64,000 bases of DNA, taken from assembly GCA_950097015.1 (NCBI GenBank), contig CATNEN010000039.1, positions 14,694,001-14,758,000 of the forward strand, written 5' to 3'. The notes under the pieces were generated by a model. That model had not been told where the DNA came from. It searched no databases and was given only the letters and a program-made list of their open reading frames with translations. Position 1 is the first letter of the stretch. Every line of letters begins with the position of its first letter. This stretch comes from Macrostomum hystrix. Its lineage: Eukaryota > Animalia > Platyhelminthes. A program made the position numbers and the translations under genes. Shown here in pieces: positions 31,901-43,900 of this stretch.

Positions 31901-34900
31901 ACCCGTTTGTGTTAGTTGCTGCGAGGGTGTTAGTGGACGCAATTGTGTTTGAGGCCTCGACGGTGATGGAGGCCGTGGTGGTGTCGGTGGCCGCGTTGGT
32001 GTTGGAGGCCTTGTTAGTGTTGGAGGCCCAGTTTGTTCCGGAGGGTGGGTTGCACCTGTCCCAACTACAGATGGAGCAGTTGTCGATATTTCTGAACCGC
32101 TCAACGCAATGAAATTTCGATGCACACATGCCTTGGGTCTGCAATGTTGGAGAGATAGACAGGAGTCGAAATTCAACCATTCAATGTTAATTAGTAAACG
32201 GCACAGCCTAATGAAAGCAGCAGCTTACCACGTGAGATCCATTTTGGTAGTAAGTGATAGAAAGGCATCCCATGCCTTCTGCAGGGCAATCCTTTTCTAC
32301 AATTATCTCTGGCACTGCTTTAAACAGTTTTGAAATTAAATAATGGTAGCAACGAAGGCGGCTCCCATTAAATGAGGACGCGATGCTGAGGTTGAGCCAT
32401 TTATTTTCGGAGGGCACAATGTTCTTGGAGGCAACGGTGGTGTTGGAGGCCGCTATCGTGCTTGAGGCCGCGATGGTGTTGGAGGCAACGATGGTGTTGG
32501 AGGCCGTGGTGGTGTCGGAGGCCGTCATGGTGTTGGTGGCCGACATTGTGTTAGAGGCCTCGATGGTGTTGGATGCCGTGATGGTGTTGGAGGCTGCGGT
32601 GGTGTCGGAGGCCGTGATGGTATTGGACTCCGCGATGGTGTTTGAGGCCGCGTTTGTGTTAGAGGCGACGATGGTGTTGAAGGCCGTGGTGGTGTCGGAG
32701 GCCGCGTTAGTTTTGGAGGCCGCGATGGTGTTGGATGCCGTAATGGTGTTGGAGGCTGCGGTGGTGTCGGAGGCCGTGATGGTATTGGACTCCGCGATGT
32801 TGTTTGAGGCCGCGTTTGTGTTAGAGGCGACGATGGTGTTGAAGGCCGTGGTGGTGTCGGAGGCCGCGTTAGTTTTGGAGGCCGCGATGGTGTTGGGGGC
32901 CGTAGTTGCGTCAGAGGCCGTCATGGTTTTGGAGGCCTCGATGGTGTTGGATGCCGTAATGGTGCTAGAGGCTTCGATGGTGTTGGATGCCGTAATGGTG
33001 TTGGAGGCAGTGGTGGTGTCAGAGGCCGTGATGGTATTGGAGGCCGCGATCGTGCTTAAGGCCGCGTTAGTGTTGGACGCCAAGATGGTGTTGGGGGCCG
33101 TAGTTTTGTCGGAGGCCGTGATGGTATTGGACTCCGCGATGGTGTTTGAGGCCGCGTTTGTGTTAGAGGCGACGATGGTGTTGAAGGCCGTGGTGGTGTC
33201 GGAGGCCGCGTTGGTGTTGGAGGCCGCGGTGGTGTTCGAGGACCCGTTTGTGTTAGTTGCTGCGAGGGTGTTAGTGGACGCAATTGTGTTTGAGGCCTCG
33301 ACGGTGATGGAGGCCGTGGTGGTGTCGGTGGCCGCGTTGGTGTTGGAGGCCTTGTTAGTGTTGGAGGCCCAGTTTGTTCCGGAGGGTGGGTTGCACCTGT
33401 CCCAACTACAGATGGAGCAGTTGTCGATATTTCTGAACCGCTCAACGCAATGAAATTTCGATGCACACATGCCTTGGGTCTGCAATGTTGGAGAGATAGA
33501 CAGGAGTCGAAATTCAACCATTCAGTGTTAATTAGTAAACGGCACAGCCTAATGAAAGCAGCAGCTTACCACGTGAGATCCATTTTGGTAGTAAGTGATA
33601 GAAAGGCATCCCATGCCTTCTGCAGGGCAATCCTTTTCTACAATTATCTCTGGCACTGCTTTAAACAGTTTTGAAATTAAATAATGGTAGCAACGAAGGC
33701 GGCTCCCATTAAATGAGGACGCGATGCTGAGGTTGAGCCATTTATTTTCGGAGGGCACAATGTTCTTGGAGGCAACGGTGGTGTTGGAGGCCGCTATCGT
33801 GCTTGAGGCCGCGATGGTGTTGGAGGCAACGATGGTGTTGGAGGCCGTGGTGGTGTCGGAGGCCGTCATGGTGTTGGTGGCCGACATTGTGTTAGAGGTC
33901 TCGATGGTGTTGGATGCCGTGATGGTGTTGGAGGCTGCGGTGGTGTCGGAGGCCGTGATGGTATTGGACTCCGCGATGGTGTTTGAGGCCGCGTTTGTGT
34001 TAGAGGCGACGATGGTGTTGAAGGCCGTGGTGGTGTCGGAGGCCGCGTTAGTTTTGGAGGCCGCGATGGTGTTGGATGCCGTAATGGTGTTGGAGGCTGC
34101 GGTGGTGTCGGAGGCCGTGATGGTATTGGACTCCGCGATGGTGTTTGAGGCCGCGTTTGTGTTAGAGGCGACGATGGTGTTGAAGGCCGTGGTGGTGTCG
34201 GAGGCCGCGTTAGTTTTGGAGGCCGCGATGGTGTTGGGGGCCGTAGTTGTGTCAGAGGCCGTCATGGTTTTTGAGGCCTCGATGGTGTTGGATGCCGTAA
34301 TGGTGCTAGAGGCTTCGATGGTGTTGGATGCCGTAATGGTGTTGGAGGCAGAGGTGGTGTCAGAGGCCGTGATGGTATTGGAGGCCGCGATCGTGCTTAA
34401 GGCCGCGTTAGTGTTGGACGCCAAGATGGTGTTGGGGGCCGTAGTTTTGTCGGAGGCCGTGATGGTATTGGACTCCGCGATGGTGTTTGAGGCCGCGTTT
34501 GTGTTAGAGGCGACGATGGTGTTGAAGGCCGTGGTGGTGTCGGAGGCCGCGTTAGTTTTGGAGGCCGCGATGGTGTTGGATGCCGTAATGGTGTTGGAGG
34601 CTGCCGTGGTGTCGGAGGCCGTGATGGTATTGTACTCCGCGATGGTGTTTGAGGCCGCGTTTGTGTTAGAGGCGACGATGGTGTTGAAGGCCGTGGTGGT
34701 GTCGGAGGCCGCGTTAGTTTTGGAGGCCGCGATGATGTTGGGGGCCGTAGTTGTGTCAGAGGCCGTCATGGTTTTGGAGGCCTCGATGGTGTTGGATGCC
34801 GTAATGGTGCTAGAGGCTTCGATGGTGTTGGATGCCGTAATGGTGTTGGAGGCAGTGGTGGTGTCAGAGGCCGTGATGGTATTGGAGGCCGCGATCGTGC

Positions 34901-37900
34901 TTAAGGCCGCGTTAGTGTTGGACGCCAAGATGGTGTTGGGGGCCGTAGTTTTGTCAGAGGCCGTGATGGTATTGGACTCCGCGATGGTGTTTGAGGCCGC
35001 GTTTGTGTTAGAGGCGACGATGGTGTTGAAGGCCGTGGTGGTGTCGGAGGCCGCGTTGGTGTTGGAGGCCGCGGTGGTGTTCGAGGACTCGTTTGTGTTA
35101 GTTGCTGCGAGGGTGTTAGTGGACGCAATTGTGTTTGAGGCCTCGACGGTGATGGAGGCCGTGGTGGTGTCGGTGGCCGCGTTGGTGTTGGAGGCCTTGT
35201 TAGTGTTGGAGGCCCAGTTTGTTCCGGAGGGTGGGTTGCACCTGTCCCAACTACAGATGGAGCAGTTGTCGATATTTCTGAACCGCTCAACGCAATGAAA
35301 TTTCGATGCACACATGCCTTGGGTCTGCAATGTTGGAGAGATAGACAGGAGTCGAAATTCAACCATTCAGTGTTAATTAGTAAACGGCACAGCCTAATGA
35401 AAGCAGCAGCTTACCACGTGAGATCCATTTTGGTAGTAAGTGATAGAAAGGCATCCCATGCCTTCTGCAGGGCAATCCTTTTCTACAATTATCTCTGGCA
35501 CTGCTTTAAACAGTTTTGAAATTAAATAATGGTAGCAACGAAGGCGGCTCCCATTAAATGAGGACGCGATGCTGAGGTTGAGCCATTTATTTTCGGAGGG
35601 CACAATGTTCTTGGAGGCAACGGTGGTGTTGGAGGCCGCTATCGTGCTTGAGGCCGCGATGGTGTTGGAGGCAACGATGGTGTTGGAGGCCGTGGTGGTG
35701 TCGGAGGCCGTCATGGTGTTGGTGGCCGACATTGTGTTAGAGGTCTCGATGGTGTTGGATGCCGTGATGGTGTTGGAGGCTGCGGTGGTGTCGGAGGCCG
35801 TGATGGTATTGGACTCCGCGATGGTGTTTGAGGCCGCGTTTGTGTTAGAGGCGACGATGGTGTTGAAGGCCGTGGTGGTGTCGGAGGCCGCGTTAGTTTT
35901 GGAGGCCGCGATGGTGTTGGATGCCGTAATGGTGTTGGAGGCTGCGGTGGTGTCGGAGGCCGTGATGGTATTGGACTCCGCGATGGTGTTTGAGGCCGCG
36001 TTTGTGTTAGAGGCGACGATGGTGTTGAAGGCCGTGGTGGTGTCGGAGGCCGCGTTAGTTTTGGAGGCCGCGATGGTGTTGGATGCCGTAATGGTGTTGG
36101 AGGCTGCCGTGGTGTCGGAGGCCGTGATGGTATTGTACTCCGCGATGGTGTTTGAGGCCGCGTTTGTGTTAGAGGCGACGATGGTGTTGAAGGCCGTGGT
36201 GGTGTCGGAGGCCGCGTTAGTTTTGGAGGCCGCGATGATGTTGGGGGCCGTAGTTGTGTCAGAGGCCGTCATGGTTTTGGAGGCCTCGATGGTGTTGGAT
36301 GCCGTAATGGTGCTAGAGGCTTCGATGGTGTTGGATGCCGTAATGGTGTTGGAGGCAGTGGTGGTGTCAGAGGCCGTGATGGTATTGGAGGCCGCGATCG
36401 TGCTTAAGGCCGCGTTAGTGTTGGACGCCAAGATGGTGTTGGGGGCCGTAGTTTTGTCAGAGGCCGTGATGGTATTGGACTCCGCGATGGTGTTTGAGGC
36501 CGCGTTTGTGTTAGAGGCGACGATGGTGTTGAAGGCCGTGGTGGTGTCGGAGGCCGCGTTGGTGTTGGAGGCCGCGGTGGTGTTCGAGGACCCGTTTGTG
36601 TTAGTTGCTGCGAGGGTGTTAGTGGACGCAATTGTGTTTGAGGCCTCGACGGTGATGGAGGCCGTGGTGGTGTCGGTGGCCGCGTTGGTGTTGGAGGCCT
36701 TGTTAGTGTTGGAGGCCCAGTTTGTTCCGGAGGGTGGGTTGCACCTGTCCCAACTACAGATGGAGCAGTTGTCGATATTTCTGAACCGCTCAACGCAATG
36801 AAATTTCGATGCACACATGCCTTGGGTCTGCAATGTTGGAGAGATAGACAGGAGTCGAAATTCAACCATTCAGTGTTAATTAGTAAACGGCACAGCCTAA
36901 TGAAAGCAGCAGCTTACCACGTGAGATCCATTTTGGTAGTAAGTGATAGAAAGGCATCCCATGCCTTCTGCAGGGCAATCCTTTTCTACAATTATCTCTG
37001 GCACTGCTTTAAACAGTTTTGAAATTAAATAATGGTAGCAACGAAGGCGGCTCCCATTAAATGAGGACGCGATGCTGAGGTTGAGCCATTTATTTTCGGA
37101 GGGCACAATGTTCTTGGAGGCAACGGTGGTGTTGGAGGCCGCTATCGTGCTTGAGGCCGCGATGGTGTTGGAGGCAACGATGGTGTTGGAGGCCGTGGTG
37201 GTGTCGGAGGCCGTCATGGTGTTGGTGGCCGACATTGTGTTAGAGGCCTCGATGGTGTTGGATGCCGTGATGGTGTTGGAGGCTGCGGTGGTGTCGGAGG
37301 CCGTGATGGTATTGGACTCCGCGATGGTGTTTGAGGCCGCGTTTGTGTTAGAGGCGACGATGGTGTTGAAGGCCGTGGTGGTGTCGGAGGCCGCGTTAGT
37401 TTTGGAGGCCGCGATGGTGTTGGATGCCGTAATGGTGTTGGAGGCTGCGGTGGTGTCGGAGGCCGTGATGGTATTGGACTCCGCGATGGTGTTTGAGGCC
37501 GCGTTTGTGTTAGAGGCGACGATGGTGTTGAAGGCCGTGGTGGTGTCGGAGGCCGCGTTAGTTTTGGAGGCCGCGATGGTGTTGGGGGCCGTAGTTGTGT
37601 CAGAGGCCGTCATGGTTTTTGCGGCCTCGATGGTGTTGGATGCCGTAATGGTGCTAGAGGCTTCGATGGTGTTGGATGCCGTAATGGTGTTGGAGGCTGC
37701 CGTGGTGTCGGAGGCCGTGATGGTATTGTACTCCGCGATGGTGTTTGAGGCCGCGTTTGTGTTAGAGGCGACGATGGTGTTGAAGGCCGTGGTGGTGTCG
37801 GAGGCCGCGTTAGTTTTGGAGGCCGCGATGATGTTGGGGGCCGTAGTTGTGTCAGAGGCCGTCATGGTTTTGGAGGCCTCGATGGTGTTGGATGCCGTAA

Positions 37901-40900
37901 TGGTGCTAGAGGCTTCGATGGTGTTGGATGCCGTAATGGTGTTGGAGGCAGTGGTGGTGTCAGAGGCCGTGATGGTATTGGAGGCCGCGATCGTGCTTAA
38001 GGCCGCGTTAGTGTTGGACGCCAAGATGGTGTTGGGGGCCGTAGTTTTGTCAGAGGCCGTGATGGTATTGGACTCCGCGATGGTGTTTGAGGCCGCGTTT
38101 GTGTTAGAGGCGACGATGGTGTTGAAGGCCGTGGTGGTGTCGGAGGCCGCGTTGGTGTTGGAGGCCGCGGTGGTGTTCGAGGACCCGTTTGTGTTAGTTG
38201 CTGCGAGGGTGTTAGTGGACGCAATTGTGTTTGAGGCCTCGACGGTGATGGAGGCCGTGGTGGTGTCGGTGGCCGCGTTGGTGTTGGAGGCCTTGTTAGT
38301 GTTGGAGGCCCAGTTTGTTCCGGAGGGTGGGTTGCACCTGTCCCAACTACAGATGGAGCAGTTGTCGATATTTCTGAACCGCTCAACGCAATGAAATTTC
38401 GATGCACACATGCCTTGGGTCTGCAATGTTGGAGAGATAGACAGGAGTCGAAATTCAACCATTCAGTGTTAATTAGTAAACGGCACAGCCTAATGAAAGC
38501 AGCAGCTTACCACGTGAGATCCATTTTGGTAGTAAGTGATAGAAAGGCATCCCATGCCTTCTGCAGGGCAATCCTTTTCTACAATTATCTCTGGCACTGC
38601 TTTAAACAGTTTTGAAATTAAATAATGGTAGCAACGAAGGCGGCTCCCATTAAATGAGGACGCGATGCTGAGGTTGAGCCATTTATTTTCGGAGGGCACA
38701 ATGTTCTTGGAGGCAACGGTGGTGTTGGAGGCCGCTATCGTGCTTGAGGCCGCGATGGTGTTGGAGGCAACGATGGTGTTGGAGGCCGTGGTGGTGTCGG
38801 AGGCCGTCATGGTGTTGGTGGCCGACATTGTGTTAGAGGCCTCGATGGTGTTGGATGCCGTGATGGTGTTGGAGGCTGCGGTGGTGTCGGAGGCCGTGAT
38901 GGTATTGGACTCCGCGATGGTGTTTGAGGCCGCGTTTGTGTTAGAGGCGACGATGGTGTTGAAGGCCGTGGTGGTGTCGGAGGCCGCGTTAGTTTTGGAG
39001 GCCGCGATGGTGTTGGATGCCGTAATGGTGTTGGAGGCTGCGGTGGTGTCGGAGGCCGTGATGGTATTGGACTCCGCGATGGTGTTTGAGGCCGCGTTTG
39101 TGTTAGAGGCGACGATGGTGTTGAAGGCCGTGGTGGTGTCGGAGGCCGCGTTAGTTTTGGAGGCCGCGATGGTGTTGGATGCCGTAATGGTGTTGGAGGC
39201 TGCCGTGGTGTCGGAGGCCGTGATGGTATTGTACTCCGCGATGGTGTTTGAGGCCGCGTTTGTGTTAGAGGCGACGATGGTGTTGAAGGCCGTGGTGGTG
39301 TCGGAGGCCGCGTTAGTTTTGGAGGCCGCGATGATGTTGGGGGCCGTAGTTGTGTCAGAGGCCGTCATGGTTTTGGAGGCCTCGATGGTGTTGGATGCCG
39401 TAATGGTGCTAGAGGCTTCGATGGTGTTGGATGCCGTAATGGTGTTGGAGGCAGTGGTGGTGTCAGAGGCCGTGATGGTATTGGAGGCCGCGATCGTGCT
39501 TAAGGCCGCGTTAGTGTTGGACGCCAAGATGGTGTTGGGGGCCGTAGTTTTGTCAGAGGCCGTGATGGTATTGGACTCCGCGATGGTGTTTGAGGCCGCG
39601 TTTGTGTTAGAGGCGACGATGGTGTTGAAGGCCGTGGTGGTGTCGGAGGCCGCGTTGGTGTTGGAGGCCGCGGTGGTGTTCGAGGACTCGTTTGTGTTAG
39701 TTGCTGCGAGGGTGTTAGTGGACGCAATTGTGTTTGAGGCCTCGACGGTGATGGAGGCCGTGGTGGTGTCGGTGGCCGCGTTGGTGTTGGAGGCCTTGTT
39801 AGTGTTGGAGGCCCAGTTTGTTCCGGAGGGTGGGTTGCACCTGTCCCAACTACAGATGGAGCAGTTGTCGATATTTCTGAACCGCTCAACGCAATGAAAT
39901 TTCGATGCACACATGCCTTGGGTCTGCAATGTTGGAGAGATAGACAGGAGTCGAAATTCAACCATTCAGTGTTAATTAGTAAACGGCACAGCCTAATGAA
40001 AGCAGCAGCTTACCACGTGAGATCCATTTTGGTAGTAAGTGATAGAAAGGCATCCCATGCCTTCTGCAGGGCAATCCTTTTCTACAATTATCTCTGGCAC
40101 TGCTTTAAACAGTTTTGAAATTAAATAATGGTAGCAACGAAGGCGGCTCCCATTAAATGAGGACGCGATGCTGAGGTTGAGCCATTTATTTTCGGAGGGC
40201 ACAATGTTCTTGGAGGCAACGGTGGTGTTGGAGGCCGCTATCGTGCTTGAGGCCGCGATGGTGTTGGAGGCAACGATGGTGTTGGAGGCCGTGGTGGTGT
40301 CGGAGGCCGTCATGGTGTTGGTGGCCGACATTGTGTTAGAGGTCTCGATGGTGTTGGATGCCGTGATGGTGTTGGAGGCTGCGGTGGTGTCGGAGGCCGT
40401 GATGGTATTGGACTCCGCGATGGTGTTTGAGGCCGCGTTTGTGTTAGAGGCGACGATGGTGTTGAAGGCCGTGGTGGTGTCGGAGGCCGCGTTAGTTTTG
40501 GAGGCCGCGATGGTGTTGGATGCCGTAATGGTGTTGGAGGCTGCGGTGGTGTCGGAGGCCGTGATGGTATTGGACTCCGCGATGGTGTTTGAGGCCGCGT
40601 TTGTGTTAGAGGCGACGATGGTGTTGAAGGCCGTGGTGGTGTCGGAGGCCGCGTTAGTTTTGGAGGCCGCGATGGTGTTGGATGCCGTAATGGTGTTGGA
40701 GGCTGCCGTGGTGTCGGAGGCCGTGATGGTATTGTACTCCGCGATGGTGTTTGAGGCCGCGTTTGTGTTAGAGGCGACGATGGTGTTGAAGGCCGTGGTG
40801 GTGTCGGAGGCCGCGTTAGTTTTGGAGGCCGCGATGATGTTGGGGGCCGTAGTTGTGTCAGAGGCCGTCATGGTTTTGGAGGCCTCGATGGTGTTGGATG

Positions 40901-43900
40901 CCGTAATGGTGCTAGAGGCTTCGATGGTGTTGGATGCCGTAATGGTGTTGGAGGCAGTGGTGGTGTCAGAGGCCGTGATGGTATTGGAGGCCGCGATCGT
41001 GCTTAAGGCCGCGTTAGTGTTGGACGCCAAGATGGTGTTGGGGGCCGTAGTTTTGTCAGAGGCCGTGATGGTATTGGACTCCGCGATGGTGTTTGAGGCC
41101 GCGTTTGTGTTAGAGGCGACGATGGTGTTGAAGGCCGTGGTGGTGTCGGAGGCCGCGTTGGTGTTGGAGGCCGCGGTGGTGTTCGAGGACCCGTTTGTGT
41201 TAGTTGCTGCGAGGGTGTTAGTGGACGCAATTGTGTTTGAGGCCTCGACGGTGATGGAGGCCGTGGTGGTGTCGGTGGCCGCGTTGGTGTTGGAGGCCTT
41301 GTTAGTGTTGGAGGCCCAGTTTGTTCCGGAGGGTGGGTTGCACCTGTCCCAACTACAGATGGAGCAGTTGTCGATATTTCTGAACCGCTCAACGCAATGA
41401 AATTTCGATGCACACATGCCTTGGGTCTGCAATGTTGGAGAGATAGACAGCAGTCGAAATTCAACCATTCAGTGTTAATTAGTAAACGGCACAGCCTAAT
41501 GAAAGCAGCAGCTTACCACGTGAGATCCATTTTGGTAGTAAGTGATAGAAAGGCATCCCATGCCTTCTGCAGGGCAATCCTTTTCTACAATTATCTCTGG
41601 CACTGCTTTAAACAGTTTTGAAATTAAATAATGGTAGCAACGAAGGCGGCTCCCATTAAATGAGGACGCGATGCTGAGGTTGAGCCATTTATTTTCGGAG
41701 GGCACAATGTTCTTGGAGGCAACGGTGGTGTTGGAGGCCGCTATCGTGCTTGAGGCCGCGATGGTGTTGGAGGCAACGATGGTGTTGGAGGCCGTGGTGG
41801 TGTCGGAGGCCGTCATGGTGTTGGTGGCCGACATTGTGTTAGAGGCCTCGATGGTGTTGGATGCCGTGATGGTGTTGGAGGCTGCGGTGGTGTCGGAGGC
41901 CGTGATGGTATTGGACTCCGCGATGGTGTTTGAGGCCGCGTTTGTGTTAGAGGCGACGATGGTGTTGAAGGCCGTGGTGGTGTCGGAGGCCGCGTTAGTT
42001 TTGGAGGCCGCGATGGTGTTGGATGCCGTAATGGTGTTGGAGGCTGCGGTGGTGTCGGAGGCCGTGATGGTATTGGACTCCGCGATGGTGTTTGAGGCCG
42101 CGTTTGTGTTAGAGGCGACGATGGTGTTGAAGGCCGTGGTGGTGTCGGAGGCCGCGTTAGTTTTGGAGGCCGCGATGGTGTTGGGGGCCGTAGTTGTGTC
42201 AGAGGCCGTCATGGTTTTTGCGGCCTCGATGGTGTTGGATGCCGTAATGGTGCTAGAGGCTTCGATGGTGTTGGATGCCGTAATGGTGTTGGAGGCTGCC
42301 GTGGTGTCGGAGGCCGTGATGGTATTGTACTCCGCGATGGTGTTTGAGGCCGCGTTTGTGTTAGAGGCGACGATGGTGTTGAAGGCCGTGGTGGTGTCGG
42401 AGGCCGCGTTAGTTTTGGAGGCCGCGATGATGTTGGGGGCCGTAGTTGTGTCAGAGGCCGTCATGGTTTTGGAGGCCTCGATGGCGTTGGATGCCGTAAT
42501 GGTGCTAGAGGCTTCGATGGTGTTGGATGCCGTAATGGTGTTGGAGGCAGTGGTGGTGTCAGAGGCCGTGATGGTATTGGAGGCCGCGATCGTGCTTAAG
42601 GCCGCGTTAGTGTTGGACGCCAAGATGGTGTTGGGGGCCGTAGTTTTGTCAGAGGCCGTGATGGTATTGGACTCCGCGATGGTGTTTGAGGCCGCGTTTG
42701 TGTTAGAGGCGACGATGGTGTTGAAGGCCGTGGTGGTGTCGGAGGCCGCGTTGGCGTTGGAGGCCGCGGTGGTGTTCGAGGACCCGTTTGTGTTAGTTGC
42801 TGCGAGGGTGTTAGTGGACGCAATTGTGTTTGAGGCCTCGACGGTGATGGAGGCCGTGGTGGTGTCGGTGGCCGCGTTGGTGTTGGAGGCCTTGTTAGTG
42901 TTGGAGGCCCAGTTTGTTCCGGAGGGTGGGTTGCACCTGTCCCAACTACAGATGGAGCAGTTGTCGATATTTCTGAACCGCTCAACGCAATGAAATTTCG
43001 ATGCACACATGCCTTGGGTCTGCAATGTTGGAGAGATAGACAGGAGTCGAAATTCAACCATTCAGTGTTAATTAGTAAACGGCACAGCCTAATGAAAGCA
43101 GCAGCTTACCACGTGAGATCCATTTTGGTAGTAAGTGATAGAAAGGCATCCCATGCCTTCTGCAGGGCAATCCTTTTCTACAATTATCTCTGGCACTGCT
43201 TTAAACAGTTTTGAAATTAAATAATGGTAGCAACGAAGGCGGCTCCCATTAAATGAGGACGCGATGCTGAGGTTGAGCCATTTATTTTCGGAGGGCACAA
43301 TGTTCTTGGAGGCAACGGTGGTGTTGGAGGCCGCTATCGTGCTTGAGGCCGCGATGGTGTTGGAGGCAACGATGGTGTTGGAGGCCGTGGTGGTGTCGGA
43401 GGCCGTCATGGTGTTGGTGGCCGACATTGTGTTAGAGGTCTCGATGGTGTTGGATGCCGTGATGGTGTTGGAGGCTGCGGTGGTGTCGGAGGCCGTGATG
43501 GTATTGGACTCCGCGATGGTGTTTGAGGCCGCGTTTGTGTTAGAGGCGACGATGGTGTTGAAGGCCGTGGTGGTGTCGGAGGCCGCGTTAGTTTTGGAGG
43601 CCGCGATGGTGTTGGATGCCGTAATGGTGTTGGAGGCTGCGGTGGTGTCGGAGGCCGTGATGGTATTGGACTCCGCGATGGTGTTTGAGGCCGCGTTTGT
43701 GTTAGAGGCGACGATGGTGTTGAAGGCCGTGGTGGTGTCGGAGGCCGCGTTAGTTTTGGAGGCCGCGATGGTGTTGGATGCCGTAATGGTGTTGGAGGCT
43801 GCCGTGGTGTCGGAGGCCGTGATGGTATTGTACTCCGCGATGGTGTTTGAGGCCGCGTTTGTGTTAGAGGCGACGATGGTGTTGAAGGCCGTGGTGGTGT